A stretch of 64,000 nt of DNA from an uncultured Anaerolineales bacterium (GTDB lineage: Bacteria > Chloroflexota > Anaerolineae > Epilineales > JAANWY01), in assembly GCA_964532665.1 (NCBI GenBank), contig CAZHMV010000002.1:14510-78509 (forward strand), in the 5' to 3' direction. Position numbers and translations under genes: made by a program. Positions 43,087 through 53,483 of this stretch are shown one piece after another. The notes below the pieces were generated by a model, which worked only from the letters and a program-made list of their open reading frames with translations, did no database searches and was not told the DNA's origin. Each line of letters opens with the position of its first letter. The first letter of the stretch is position 1.

Positions 43087-45033
43087 ATGAAAAAGCTTGC
43101 ATTGCTGTTTGGTATACTGGTCGTTCTTGGCCTTCTCGCGGCTTGCGCACAGCCAACGCCGCAAGTCATAGAGAAGGAGAAAGTGGTCGAAAAGACGGTC
43201 GTTGTCGAGAAGACCGTTGAGGTCGAGAAAGAAGTCGTCAAAGAGGTCGTCGTCACGCCGACACCACCCCCGCCAGGTGAAAAGACGATGGTCATCTGCC
43301 AGGGGCAAGAGCCGGATACGCTGTACATCTACGGCGGTGCCATGCTGGCTGCTTCCCACATCCGGAATGCAGTGTACGACGGTCCCATTGACAACCGATC
43401 CTTTGACTACCAGCCCATCATCCTGGAGAAGTTGCCCAGCCTGGAAGATGGGGATGCGGTGATCAACTCCGTTACCGTGAAGGCTGGTGACAAGGTGGTG
43501 AACGCCGCTGGCGATCCGGTGGAACTGGCGGAAGGGGAGAGGATCCGTCCGGCCGGCTGCCGCTCAGATGATTGCGCCATCGAGTACAAGGGCGGCGAGG
43601 TCCAGATGGATCAGATGGCCGTCACCTTCAAACTATTGGACGGCCTGAAGTGGTCGGACGGCGAGCCGCTGACCGCAGCCGACTCGGTGTATTCCTTCAA
43701 GCTGGCGAACGACCCGGATACCCCGAAGCCCAGCAAGTACACTGAAGAGCACACGAGCTCGTACGAGGCGACCGACGACCGGACCACGGTCTGGACCGGC
43801 CTGCCAGGATTCCTTGACGCCACGTACTTCACGAACTTCTGGACGCCGCTGCCGGAGCATCAGCTTGGTTCGATGTCGGCCGCTGATATTGTGGAGTCTG
43901 AAGAGGCCTCGCGCAAGCCTTTGGGTTGGGGACCGTTCATCATCACAGAATGGGTCTCCGGGGATCACGTCACCGCTGTGAAGAACCCGAACTACTTCCG
44001 GGCGAAGGAAGGCCTGCCCAAGGTGGACAAGGTGGTCTTCCGCTTCGTGGGTGAGGAGCCGAACCCGGCCATTGCCCAGGTAGTAGCCGGCGACTGCGAC
44101 ATCCTCACCCAGGATACCCACCTGGACGATCAGAGTGAGCTACTGCTCGAGCTTGAAAAACAGGGTCAGTTGGTCCCGACATTCGTCACCGGTACAGTTT
44201 GGGAGCACGTGGACTTCGGCATCAACCCGGTGGACAGCTATGACCGGCCGGACTTCTTCGAGGACGTGCGGGTGCGCCAGGCCATCGCCATGTGCCTGGA
44301 CCGGCAGGCAGTGGTAGACTCCGTGATGTTTGGCAAATCAAAGGTCATCCACTCGTATATCCCGGAAGAGCACCCGGTATACAACCCGGATGTCAAGAAG
44401 TGGCCGTACGACCCCGAGGCTGCCAAGAAGCTGTTGGAGGAGGTCGGTTGGACGGATACTGATGGCGACGGCATCCGCGAAGCCAAGGGCGTGGAAGGCG
44501 TTCCGGATGGCACCAAGATGGCCTTCAAGTGGCAGAGCACCACGGCTGCGTTGCGGGTGGCGTACATGCAGATCTTCAAGGAACAACTGGCCGAGTGTGG
44601 CATCGATCTGACCATCGAAAACCTGCCAGCCGGCCAGTACTTTGCCGACGGCCCCGAAGGGCCGCTGTTTGGCCGCCACTTCGACCTGGGCTCCTTTGCG
44701 TGGCTTACAGGCGTCGAGCCGCCATGTGATCTGTATCTCACCAGCGAGATTCCCAGCGAGGATACCGGCTGGGCGGGCCAGAACGATCCAGGCTTCACGG
44801 ATCCCGAGTACGATGCCGCCTGCAATGCTGCGTTACAGGCCCTACCTGGCACACCGGAGTATGAGCAGAACCACAAGCTGGCGCAGAAGCTCTTCTCCGA
44901 GAAGTTGCCGGTCGTCCCGTTGTTCCTGCGCACCAAGCTGGCAGCCTACCGGCCGGAGGTCACGGGCTTTATCATGGACCCGACCGCCAACAGCGAGACG
45001 TGGAACATCGAGAATTTCGGTTTCAAGCAGTAA
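43087..45033 (+). CDS. ABC transporter substrate-binding lipoprotein, family 5, operon 3
   Basis: 648 aa; signal MKKLALLFGILVVLGLLAAC; EK/V-rich then PPPP linker. Confidence 0.88.
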   Translation: MKKLALLFGILVVLGLLAACAQPTPQVIEKEKVVEKTVVVEKTVEVEKEVVKEVVVTPTPPPPGEKTMVICQGQEPDTLYIYGGAMLAASHIRNAVYDGPIDNRSFDYQPIILEKLPSLEDGDAVINSVTVKAGDKVVNAAGDPVELAEGERIRPAGCRSDDCAIEYKGGEVQMDQMAVTFKLLDGLKWSDGEPLTAADSVYSFKLANDPDTPKPSKYTEEHTSSYEATDDRTTVWTGLPGFLDATYFTNFWTPLPEHQLGSMSAADIVESEEASRKPLGWGPFIITEWVSGDHVTAVKNPNYFRAKEGLPKVDKVVFRFVGEEPNPAIAQVVAGDCDILTQDTHLDDQSELLLELEKQGQLVPTFVTGTVWEHVDFGINPVDSYDRPDFFEDVRVRQAIAMCLDRQAVVDSVMFGKSKVIHSYIPEEHPVYNPDVKKWPYDPEAAKKLLEEVGWTDTDGDGIREAKGVEGVPDGTKMAFKWQSTTAALRVAYMQIFKEQLAECGIDLTIENLPAGQYFADGPEGPLFGRHFDLGSFAWLTGVEPPCDLYLTSEIPSEDTGWAGQNDPGFTDPEYDAACNAALQALPGTPEYEQNHKLAQKLFSEKLPVVPLFLRTKLAAYRPEVTGFIMDPTANSETWNIENFGFKQ

Positions 45034-45177
45034 CCAGTCGGAGGGTCGATCTGGATCTCGGGAGCGGACTTGTGTACCTGAGCACTACGTCGGCCTGATG
45101 GTTGGGTTATCGCTAGGGATGGCAACACCCGAGGGTGTTGCCATCCCTATATTCGGCCCGCGTGGGAAGGTTGAACG

Positions 45178-46629
45178 ATGACGAATTACCTGATTCGACG
45201 CCTGATTCAAATGATACTTGTCGTGCTTCTGGCCACCGTGGCAATCTATTTCTTGCTCAATGTCGCCCCGGGTGGCCCGCTGTCTGGCCTGCGCCTTTCG
45301 GCCGACCGCAAACAGCGGGTCAGTGAAGCCGACATTGCTCGCCTGGAAGCCTATCTCGGACTGGACAAACCGCTCTATCTGCGCTACGTGGCCTGGTTGA
45401 TAGGTGATGACTGGATGGGAGCTAACTGGATGTATCTGGGACTGCGCGGCTACCCGGTGGGCAAAGACCACAAAGCTCGTTTCTGGAGCGAGCCTGGCGT
45501 CGCCCTGATCAAACCTGGCTATAAAGTGTGGGTCACGGGAGAGGCGGTCGGCGAGAATGTCATCCGGGCCACATCCATTGAAGCCAAGCCCAGCGGGACC
45601 CGGCCAGCCAATGTCCTTGAGGGAACGGTCGTGCGGGTGATTGGCTCGTCGATATCGCTGGATGTAGGTAGCATTCGAAAGGCCACCGTCGAAACCACCC
45701 CTGACACACGTTTCACGATCCCCAACGCGACTGCGCGTCCGGCCGGGGGCTCGTGGCTGAACCTCAGTTGGCTGCTGGGGCCGTATGGGCTGCTCGGTGG
45801 CTGGGCCGGGTTCCACAGCGACAATGCCGGCGTGCTCCGGCTGGACTGGGGAACCTCGTGGAAGATCGCCACCGGTCAGCCGGTTTCGATGTTGGTCCGC
45901 AGCCGGCTGGGTAATACCCTCTTACTCATGACATTGACGACCATTCTCTCATTGATCGTCGCGCTCCCTATCGGCATCGTCTCGGCGGTCAAACAGTATT
46001 CCCGCCTGGACTACACGGCAACGACCTTTGCCTTCTTCGGCTCGGCTATGCCCATTTTCTGGTTCGGGTTGATGCTGGTGCTGCTGTTCTCGTACTCCTT
46101 CCGGAGTTGGGGACTGCCCTACTTCCCGGCGGGTGGCATCATCAGTGTTCGGGCTGCCCCAAGCAGCAGTCTGTTGGGCGCGCTGAATGCCCCTCCCGGC
46201 GGCTTTGTAGATCGTGCCGTCCATCTCATCTTGCCTACCACCGCGCTCTCGCTGCTGTACATGGCCGGCTGGAGCCGCTTCATGCGCTCCTCGATGCTGG
46301 AAGTACTCCGGCAGGACTATGTGCGCACTGCCCGGGCCAAGGGTCTCATCGAACGTGTGGTGATCGCCAAGCACGCCCTGCGCAATGCCTTGATTCCGGT
46401 GATCACCGTCGTCGTCTTCCAGATCCCGACGCTTTTCGGCGGTGCGATCCTGACCGAAACGATCTTCAGCTACCCGGGCATGGGCCGGCTGTACTTTCAA
46501 GCTCTGGGGGCCGACGACTGGCCCGTGGTGATGGTGTTGCTCTTTATCACGGCCATCCTGGTGGTGGTGGCCATGCTGCTGCGTGATATTCTCTATACCA
46601 TCGTGGACCCGCGCATCCGTTTTGACTGA
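45178..46629 (+). CDS. ABC permease (OppB-like) with ~160-aa extracytoplasmic insertion after TM1
   Basis: 483 aa vs ~310 typical; N- and C-terminal permease segments conserved. Confidence 0.85.
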   Translation: MTNYLIRRLIQMILVVLLATVAIYFLLNVAPGGPLSGLRLSADRKQRVSEADIARLEAYLGLDKPLYLRYVAWLIGDDWMGANWMYLGLRGYPVGKDHKARFWSEPGVALIKPGYKVWVTGEAVGENVIRATSIEAKPSGTRPANVLEGTVVRVIGSSISLDVGSIRKATVETTPDTRFTIPNATARPAGGSWLNLSWLLGPYGLLGGWAGFHSDNAGVLRLDWGTSWKIATGQPVSMLVRSRLGNTLLLMTLTTILSLIVALPIGIVSAVKQYSRLDYTATTFAFFGSAMPIFWFGLMLVLLFSYSFRSWGLPYFPAGGIISVRAAPSSSLLGALNAPPGGFVDRAVHLILPTTALSLLYMAGWSRFMRSSMLEVLRQDYVRTARAKGLIERVVIAKHALRNALIPVITVVVFQIPTLFGGAILTETIFSYPGMGRLYFQALGADDWPVVMVLLFITAILVVVAMLLRDILYTIVDPRIRFD

Positions 46630-46658
46630 GGCAATGGAACAAAGAGGGAAGGTAAATC

Positions 46659-47582
46659 ATGGCTGTAACTGAGTTGCAGGCCGAAACGCTGCTAACTGTT
46701 GAAGAAGAAAGCCAGTGGGTCGTTGTATGGCGTCGCTTTCGCAAGCACAAGTTGGCTTTCGCCGGACTATTCACAATTGCCTTTTTTGTCATCATTTGCG
46801 CTCTGGCGCCGGTCATCGCACCCTACGACCCGATTAAAGATCAGAACCTGTTAAACCGTAATGCGCCGCCATCACTGGAACATCTGATGGGAACCGATCA
46901 GCTCGGGCGCGACGTGTTTAGCCGGCTGCTGTATGCCGGGCGAATTTCGCTCTTCGTATCCTTCACTGTGGTACTCGTCAGCGAAACCTTCGGCACAGTG
47001 CTCGGGGCGATCTCAGGGTACTACGGCGGCTGGGTCGATGCAGTGATCCAGCGCTTTGTTGAGTTTATGATCACCCTACCTCTTTTGCCGCTGCTCCTGG
47101 CACTCTCGGCGTTATTGGGGGGTGTCGCTATTCCTGGTATTCCGCGTGAGTGGAGCAGCGCCGTGATTATTATCATTATCCTCACTGTCTTCAGTTGGAC
47201 GCAAGCCTCTACCCTGGTGCGTGGCATGGTCCTGTCCTTGCGAGCCATGGATTTCACCGAAGCGGCTCGTGCGCTGGGGATGTCAAACCGACGCATCATC
47301 TTGCGCCACATGCTGCCCAACTCATTAGCGCCCATTATCGTCGATGCTACGCTGGGGTTGGGTACGGTGATCATTCTCGAGTCGGCCCTCAGTTTCCTGG
47401 GCTTCGGGATCCAGTTGCCGGTGCCTACCTGGGGCAACATGCTGAACGAGTACCAGAAGGACATGTGGACGCAGCCGGCCAAGGTCTTCTTCCCAGGCCT
47501 GGCAATCTTCCTGTGCACGCTAGCGTTCAACTACGTGGGCGACGGTCTGCGTGACGCCCTCGACCCACGCTTGAAGTTGTAG
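46659..47582 (+). CDS. ABC permease (OppC-like), operon 3
   Basis: 307 aa permease fold. Confidence 0.88.
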   Translation: MAVTELQAETLLTVEEESQWVVVWRRFRKHKLAFAGLFTIAFFVIICALAPVIAPYDPIKDQNLLNRNAPPSLEHLMGTDQLGRDVFSRLLYAGRISLFVSFTVVLVSETFGTVLGAISGYYGGWVDAVIQRFVEFMITLPLLPLLLALSALLGGVAIPGIPREWSSAVIIIIILTVFSWTQASTLVRGMVLSLRAMDFTEAARALGMSNRRIILRHMLPNSLAPIIVDATLGLGTVIILESALSFLGFGIQLPVPTWGNMLNEYQKDMWTQPAKVFFPGLAIFLCTLAFNYVGDGLRDALDPRLKL

Positions 47583-47590
47583 GGAGCAGG

Positions 47591-48133
47591 TTGTTTAATC
47601 AGCAAGACTACTCACCCCCTTCGCTACTGCGGTTGCTGGGGGTGATCGCTCTGGTCCTTTTGCTAAGCATCTATGGGCTCATCTCCCTGGACACGGGGGA
47701 CCTCTTATGGTTCTGGCCAAAGTTTGATACGCAGCCCACGGGTATGCTTATTCACTGTTACGGGCAAGACATCGCGCTTCAGCCGGACACGGTCGCCTTC
47801 TCCCGGATTGCTGCCCTGGTGAATCAAGGGTTATCCGGTGCCAAACGCTGGGACCCGCTTAGCCTTTCGGATGCGACCTACCAGGAATACCGGACAAGCC
47901 CGCGCATGATGACGCTGGAGTTGTACTACGAGCCTCCTATGCGCATACACTCGCAGTACAAGTTTTTTTCGGACATTGACACGCTGGTTGTTCCTCTGGA
48001 TGGCCGGCACGCCCGGTACAAAGTGGTCTTCGGTCGTACCCGGGGCATAACCGGGCCAGGGTCTTTTTCCCTTGCCACCGTACCATTGATCGCCGGCTAT
48101 TTGGAGCAAGAGGGTCTGTGTGTCAAGCCGTAA
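47591..48133 (+). CDS. hypothetical N-terminally anchored extracytoplasmic protein embedded in ABC operon 3
   Basis: 180 aa; one TM (LLRLLGVIALVLLLSIYGLISL) then ~150-aa domain; no known family. Confidence 0.5.
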   Translation: MFNQQDYSPPSLLRLLGVIALVLLLSIYGLISLDTGDLLWFWPKFDTQPTGMLIHCYGQDIALQPDTVAFSRIAALVNQGLSGAKRWDPLSLSDATYQEYRTSPRMMTLELYYEPPMRIHSQYKFFSDIDTLVVPLDGRHARYKVVFGRTRGITGPGSFSLATVPLIAGYLEQEGLCVKP

Positions 48134-48212
48134 GACCAGTAATCAGTAACCAGTGATCAGTGATCAGTGATCAGACAACTGATCACTGATCACTGTTCAC
48201 TGATTACTGAAA
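48134..48212. repeat. family-A heptamer-array hairpin
   Basis: cagtaatcagtaaccagtgatcagtgatcagtgatcag acaa ctgatcactgatcactgttcactgattactg. Confidence 0.85.
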
Positions 48213-48224
48213 AAGAGGGAGCCT

Positions 48225-49268
48225 GTGACTGAGAACACCACTAACGTATTGCTCGAGATCCGAGACCTCAAGACCTACTTCTACACCGAAGATGGTGTGG
48301 TGAAGGCGGTGGATGGTGTGAACCTGGTCGTCCATCGGGGCGAGACGCTGTGCCTGGTAGGCGAGTCGGGCTGTGGCAAGAGTGTGACCTTCCTGTCGGT
48401 TATGCGCCTGGTTGGCCAGCCCGGCCGTATCGTCGGCGGCGAGGTCATCTTTGACGGAGAGAACTTGCTGGAGTTGCCCGAGATCGACATGAGCCACATC
48501 CGGGGCAACCGGATGTCCATGATTTTTCAACAGCCAGTAAGCTGCCTGAACCCTGTGTTCACGGTTGGGGACCAGATCGCCGAGGTATTCGAGATTCACC
48601 AGGGACTCAGCAAAGAAGAAGCGCAGAAACGGGCTGTCCAGATGCTGCATACCGTCGGCATCCCCGAGCCGGAGCGTCGAGCTGAGTCCTTCCCCCACGA
48701 ACTCTCAGGGGGAATGGCCCAGCGGGTGATGATCGCCATGGCCCTGGCCGCCAACGCCGAACTCCTCATCGCTGACGAACCAACGACGGCTCTGGATGTC
48801 ACCATCCAGGCACAGATCCTCGATCTGATGCGCGAACTGAAAGAGCGAATCGGGACCTCCATCGTTTTCATCACGCATGACCTGGGAGTGGTGGCCGAGA
48901 TGGCCGACGCGGTAGCCGTCATGTATGCCGGCCATATTGTGGAGGACGCCGATGTTGACACGATCTTCTCTCATCCCATGCACCCCTACACGCAGGCGCT
49001 TCTGAGATCGATCCCTGTCCTGGGCATGATCAAGGAGGAACTGGACGTTATTCCGGGCTCCGTTCCAAATCTGATCAACCTGCCCCCGGGCTGTCACTTC
49101 GCGCCCCGCTGCCGCGCCCGGGTGGAGCACGGGCTGGATATCTGCACAGAAGTGGCCCCACAACTACTGCCAGTGGCCCGAGGGCATACCGTCCGCTGCT
49201 GGCTTTACGAAAGCGCCCCGGAGCATGGGCATCGGGCACCTATGCAGGATGAAGTGGTGATGGCATAG
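48225..49268 (+). CDS. ABC transporter ATP-binding protein (OppD-like), operon 3
   Basis: Walker [17 protein letters not shown]. Confidence 0.92.
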   Translation: MTENTTNVLLEIRDLKTYFYTEDGVVKAVDGVNLVVHRGETLCLVGESGCGKSVTFLSVMRLVGQPGRIVGGEVIFDGENLLELPEIDMSHIRGNRMSMIFQQPVSCLNPVFTVGDQIAEVFEIHQGLSKEEAQKRAVQMLHTVGIPEPERRAESFPHELSGGMAQRVMIAMALAANAELLIADEPTTALDVTIQAQILDLMRELKERIGTSIVFITHDLGVVAEMADAVAVMYAGHIVEDADVDTIFSHPMHPYTQALLRSIPVLGMIKEELDVIPGSVPNLINLPPGCHFAPRCRARVEHGLDICTEVAPQLLPVARGHTVRCWLYESAPEHGHRAPMQDEVVMA

Positions 49269-49300
49269 CTGGCGTTACATCTTTCGACAGCAGACTCGAA

Positions 49301-49414
49301 CTACTCAGCCACCCTCCCGCAGGTTACGATGACCGGTGCTTCTGACCGTGAGGCAAGGTCTTTGGCAGTGGTTTTTTGGCGGGAGAAGGTTCAAACCTGC
49401 GGGAGGGTGAGTGG
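49301..49414. repeat. ~113-nt element with 22-nt terminal inverted stems, copy 2; abuts the start of the last ABC ATPase gene
   Basis: ctactcagccaccctcccgcaggtt...aacctgcgggagggtgagtgg; flanked by imperfect direct repeat GCAGACTCGAA / GCAGAATCAA. Confidence 0.8.
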
Positions 49415-49443
49415 TCACGCAGAATCAATTATCGGGAGCGACG

Positions 49444-50430
49444 ATGACACAGAACGGATACAATCTGCTCGAGGTCAAGAATCTGGTTAAGTACTTCCCC
49501 GTACGGGGCGGCTTTCTCCAACGCATTCAAGCCTGGGTAAAGGCTGTGGACGACGTGAGCTTCACGATTCGACACGGCGAGACCTTTGGGTTGGTAGGAG
49601 AGAGCGGATGTGGCAAGACCACCATCGGGCGCACCATTCTGAGGCTCATCCCTGCCACCGCCGGCGAGGTGTACTTCGATGGGCAGGATGTCTTCGCAGT
49701 GGGCGGGCGACAACTGAAAGACCTGCGCCGGGATATGCAGATTATTTTCCAGGATCCCTTCTCGTCACTGGACCCACGCATGCCCGTCGGTGATATCATC
49801 GCTGAGGGATTACTGGTCCACGGTGTTGGTGACAGAAAAGAGCGCCTGCGAATTGTTCAGGATAGCCTGCTGAAGGTAGGATTGCATCCAGAGCACGCCC
49901 GGCGCTTCCCCCATGAGTTCTCCGGCGGCCAGCGTCAGCGTATCGGCATCGCGCGGGCGTTAGCCTTGCGCCCCAAGTTCATCGTCTGCGACGAGCCCGT
50001 CTCGGCCCTGGACGTGTCCATTCAGTCACAGGTTCTCAACCTGCTGCGGGAACTGCAGCGGGAACTGGGGCTGACCTATCTGTTCATCGCTCATAATCTG
50101 AGCGTGGTGGAGCACATCAGCGACCGGGTTGGTGTGATGTACCTGGGCAAGATGGTGGAGGTGACCGATCGTGAGACGCTGTATGCGAATCCCTTGCATC
50201 CTTACACCAAGGCCCTGATGTCAGCTATCCCCATCCCGGACCCACATCTCAAACGGGAAAGGATCATCCTGAAGGGGGATGTACCCAGCCCCCTGAACCC
50301 ACCGTCGGGCTGTCGGTTCCACCCGCGTTGCCCGGTTGCTATTGATGTTTGCAACAAGATCGAGCCTGAGCTTCGGAATGTGGGCGCCGGCGAGACCAAG
50401 CACTGGGTGGCATGTCACCTCGTCACCTGA
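49444..50430 (+). CDS. ABC transporter ATP-binding protein (OppF-like), operon 3
   Basis: likely start ATG 49444 ([11 protein letters not shown]) with GGGAG RBS; track GTG start 49411 lies inside the repeat element. Confidence 0.9.
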   Translation: MTQNGYNLLEVKNLVKYFPVRGGFLQRIQAWVKAVDDVSFTIRHGETFGLVGESGCGKTTIGRTILRLIPATAGEVYFDGQDVFAVGGRQLKDLRRDMQIIFQDPFSSLDPRMPVGDIIAEGLLVHGVGDRKERLRIVQDSLLKVGLHPEHARRFPHEFSGGQRQRIGIARALALRPKFIVCDEPVSALDVSIQSQVLNLLRELQRELGLTYLFIAHNLSVVEHISDRVGVMYLGKMVEVTDRETLYANPLHPYTKALMSAIPIPDPHLKRERIILKGDVPSPLNPPSGCRFHPRCPVAIDVCNKIEPELRNVGAGETKHWVACHLVT

Positions 50431-50443
50431 CGGTTGGGAGGTA

Positions 50444-52327
50444 TTACCGCCCGTTCCGCGCGATGAGTCGGGCGGCGTTGTCAACGTCGGAACCGGTTCC
50501 CACCAGCGTGACGGTGTCGTTGGCTCGCAGTGCAGTCTCGCGGTCGGGGACCAGGATATCTCCTCGGCGCTCGATCATTAACACGATCACATCACCGGGC
50601 AGCACTAGGTCGCTTAGACGCTGGCCAACCAGGTCCCGATTTTGCAGTTTCACCTCTCGCACTTCTCGTGCTTCGTCCACACCGGTGGTCAGGGAGAAGG
50701 CATCCGGGCTCAGGACCATGCTCTCCATGATAAGCACGGTGGAATAGGCGGGATTCACCACCCGTACTCCCAGCCTCCGGAATCTCTCATTTTGTGCCGG
50801 GTCCCGCACCCATGATACGATGTTCTCCACACCGTACAGCCCTCGTGCCATGCGGCATATCCGCAGGTTCTCGTCATCTCTCTCTTCCATCGCGACAACA
50901 GCTTTAGCTCTATCGACATCAGCTTCCCGCAGTGCATTCGGCAGGGACTGACGTGGGCGGCAGACGGCTGGGATTCCCAAAGCCAGCACCTGCCGATGCT
51001 GATCGCTATCCCCGCAAATCAGGATGGCGTCCAGATCATGTTCGCGCAGCCGGCGCGTGAGCAGGGCTGCGCTCTTGCGTGAGCCGATGACGAGCACCCG
51101 ATCCCGTTCCACAACCTGCTCTGGTACCAGCCGATTGAACAGGATTGGTGACAGCGTGCACGTGATGATGGCCACGAGAATGATGGCAGAGTTGACGGCC
51201 TCGGAGATGGCGCCCAGTTGCAATCCGATGGCCGCGGCAGCGATGATGAGGGAGAGACGCGAACTGAGGAGCACGCCGGCTGCCAGCGTCTCGCGCCAGC
51301 AATACTCGGAGCGGTAGAGCAGCGCCGGCACGAGTTTCACGGCGTAGGCGATGCCGATGAGAACGGGCACGAGCAGCAAAGCCGAGCGCGAACCGAGCAA
51401 GGCCGGCAGGTCGAAGTCTACGCCGACCATTATGAAGAAAATCGGGATGAAGAATCCGTACCCGACAGCGTCCAGTTTCTCCCGCAGCACAGAGCCGTCT
51501 CCCTCTGAGAGGAGGGAGACGATGGTGCCGGCCAGGAACGCCCCCAGTATGTTCTCGATACCCAGGCTCTCGGCCAGGGCAATAAACACCAGCGCCAGCG
51601 CGAACGAGCCCCGTAGCTTGATCTGCGAAGTAGCTGACGACAACTCCTCGAAAATGCCCTCTACTGGCAGGTGCCGTTGCAGGTGGTGCGCCAGCCGGTA
51701 AACAACCACGAAAGCGAGAAACAAGATCAGTATCAGCAACACATTCAGGGTTAGTCCCTGGCTCAGCAGCAGAACGTAGACGCTGATGAGGAGGATGCTG
51801 GCGAAATCTGCGATAAGCGATGAGACCAGGATCGATTGCCCATACCGGTTGCGTGTCAGACCCCGTTCTTTGAGCACCGGTACGACAACACCCAGGGATG
51901 TGGTGGAAAAAATCAAAGCCATCATCCACGGGTCGCCGATCAGCTCGCGGCCACGCAGGAAGAACGCAGCAACAGCTGAACCGACGAGTGTCAGGGCGAA
52001 TAACACCCCCCCGCTCACAAAGGGGTTAATGATTAGTCGCTTCAGGCCGGATGTATCGGTTTGAACTCTGCCACCTGAGACGTCACTAAAATCGATCTCC
52101 AGCCCGGAGAGAAACATCAAATAGGCGAATCCCAGAACGGACAGGACTTCGAGCAGGAAATTGTCGTGAACCAACTTCAGTCCGCTCTGACCTACGATCA
52201 TGCCGGCTATGATCTCCCCGACGACGGCGGGTATGATGAGGCTCTTTATGCGCGAAAGCAAGAGCGGAGCAAGAAAGGCAAGGCCTATGACAACCAGCAG
52301 AGGTATGAAGGAGATGTCTTCGTGCAC
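50444..52327 (-). CDS. CPA2-family cation/proton antiporter with TrkA-N/TrkA-C regulatory domains (KefB/KefC-like)
   Basis: 627 aa; ~12 TM N-domain, then TrkA-N and TrkA-C domains; convergent with the last ABC gene (13-bp gap). Confidence 0.85.
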   Translation of the reverse strand: MHEDISFIPLLVVIGLAFLAPLLLSRIKSLIIPAVVGEIIAGMIVGQSGLKLVHDNFLLEVLSVLGFAYLMFLSGLEIDFSDVSGGRVQTDTSGLKRLIINPFVSGGVLFALTLVGSAVAAFFLRGRELIGDPWMMALIFSTTSLGVVVPVLKERGLTRNRYGQSILVSSLIADFASILLISVYVLLLSQGLTLNVLLILILFLAFVVVYRLAHHLQRHLPVEGIFEELSSATSQIKLRGSFALALVFIALAESLGIENILGAFLAGTIVSLLSEGDGSVLREKLDAVGYGFFIPIFFIMVGVDFDLPALLGSRSALLLVPVLIGIAYAVKLVPALLYRSEYCWRETLAAGVLLSSRLSLIIAAAAIGLQLGAISEAVNSAIILVAIITCTLSPILFNRLVPEQVVERDRVLVIGSRKSAALLTRRLREHDLDAILICGDSDQHRQVLALGIPAVCRPRQSLPNALREADVDRAKAVVAMEERDDENLRICRMARGLYGVENIVSWVRDPAQNERFRRLGVRVVNPAYSTVLIMESMVLSPDAFSLTTGVDEAREVREVKLQNRDLVGQRLSDLVLPGDVIVLMIERRGDILVPDRETALRANDTVTLVGTGSDVDNAARLIARNGR

Positions 52328-52439
52328 AGTACTACACTCCTACAAACAACAAACGAATAATGTAGTAACAACTTTAGTCGTTGGTGAACGGCCGACGAAG
52401 TGCAAGAAATCAATCGGGGTACTGTAGCCGTTATTACCA

Positions 52440-52560
52440 ACAGATTTTCGCCACGCTCCAATAGACTCAGTAGATCCAAATTCTAAGCTCAAAGCGGACC
52501 ACAGTCCGCGTTTTAGCCGCTGGACTGTGGTCCAGCTAGAGCATTCTTGGATCTACTGAG
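52440..52560. repeat. twin mutually complementary hairpins within an outer 14-bp inverted repeat
   Basis: ctcagtagatccaa ... gcggaccacagtccgcgtttt ... gctggactgtggtccagc ... ttggatctactgag. Confidence 0.7.
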
Positions 52561-52561
52561 A

Positions 52562-52879
52562 CTAGTCGCCGGCAATGCCTTCCAATTCGGCTATCTGCGC
52601 ATCGATCCACGGCAGACCGGCGGCGTACCCAGGACCTTCCTGGAAGAACCGGCGGTTCAGATCGGTGGCGCTATGATGCTCAGGCGGCACGTCTCCTTCA
52701 GGAAAAATGGCCTCTGGCGGACATACCGGGACGCAAGCACCACAATCAATGCACACGTCCGGATCGATGTAGAACAACGGCCACCCTTGATCCTCAGGAC
52801 CAGGCACGATGCAATCGACCGGACACACATCTACACAGTCAGCTTCACGAGTACACAGTTCAGTGATAACGTACGTCAT
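52562..52879 (-). CDS. ferredoxin (7Fe type, FdxA-like)
   Basis: 105 aa; CxxADCVDVCP..C and CIDCGACVPVCP cysteine clusters. Confidence 0.9.
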   Translation of the reverse strand: MTYVITELCTREADCVDVCPVDCIVPGPEDQGWPLFYIDPDVCIDCGACVPVCPPEAIFPEGDVPPEHHSATDLNRRFFQEGPGYAAGLPWIDAQIAELEGIAGD

Positions 52880-52892
52880 TGATTCAGATCCT

Positions 52893-53006
52893 CCTCTGAC
52901 CAGTGATCAGTAATCAGTGATCAGTAATCAGTATTCGGCGATCAGTAATTGGCATCTGCTCACTGATTACTGATCACTGGATACCGATCACTGATCACTG
53001 GTTGCC
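52893..53006. repeat. family-A heptamer-array hairpin; right arm provides the TGA stop of the NYN gene
   Basis: ccagtgatcagtaatcagtgatcagtaatcagtattcggcgatcagtaattggcatctgctcactgattactgatcactggataccgatcactgatcactgg. Confidence 0.85.
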
Positions 53007-53483
53007 CAGTGTATCGTCGCGCTCCTGGAACAGCCTCAACCAGGTTTCTACTTCTTCGGGTGACAGCGGCTCATCTCGGGAGGAATCCTCTTGTGGTGTG
53101 GCCGGCGCGGTGAGTTCGCTGGCAAACTCCTCCGCCGGCATTGCACGCGCCCCTGCCCACCGCGCGGCAGACTGAATCTCCCGATCCGAGCTCACAACCA
53201 TCATTTGTGCCGGCTGCCGACTCGTCTCGATGAGACGCTTGAGCACAGCATCGGCGCTGGAATTGAAGGGGGCATACCGAACCATGATCCCCGATTGTCT
53301 CTGACGCTGTGCACCATGCACGGGAAACTCGCCAGGGTCGAAGACCACGGTGACCGGGGGATTGCCGTGCCGCCACCGCCACCGGGCCAGCAATTGGACC
53401 AGCTTCATCTCATCGTAGGGGTCCGCCAGCGAGAGGTCTGGCAGCCGACCGATCAGGTTATGCCCGTCAATCAGGTACCTCAT
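52995..53483 (-). CDS. NYN-domain (YacP/Rae1-like) predicted RNase
   Basis: 162 aa; N-terminal MRYLIDGHNLIG pattern of YacP-like PIN/NYN proteins; 4-nt overlap with upstream gene. Confidence 0.7.
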   Translation of the reverse strand: MRYLIDGHNLIGRLPDLSLADPYDEMKLVQLLARWRWRHGNPPVTVVFDPGEFPVHGAQRQRQSGIMVRYAPFNSSADAVLKRLIETSRQPAQMMVVSSDREIQSAARWAGARAMPAEEFASELTAPATPQEDSSRDEPLSPEEVETWLRLFQERDDTLGNQ

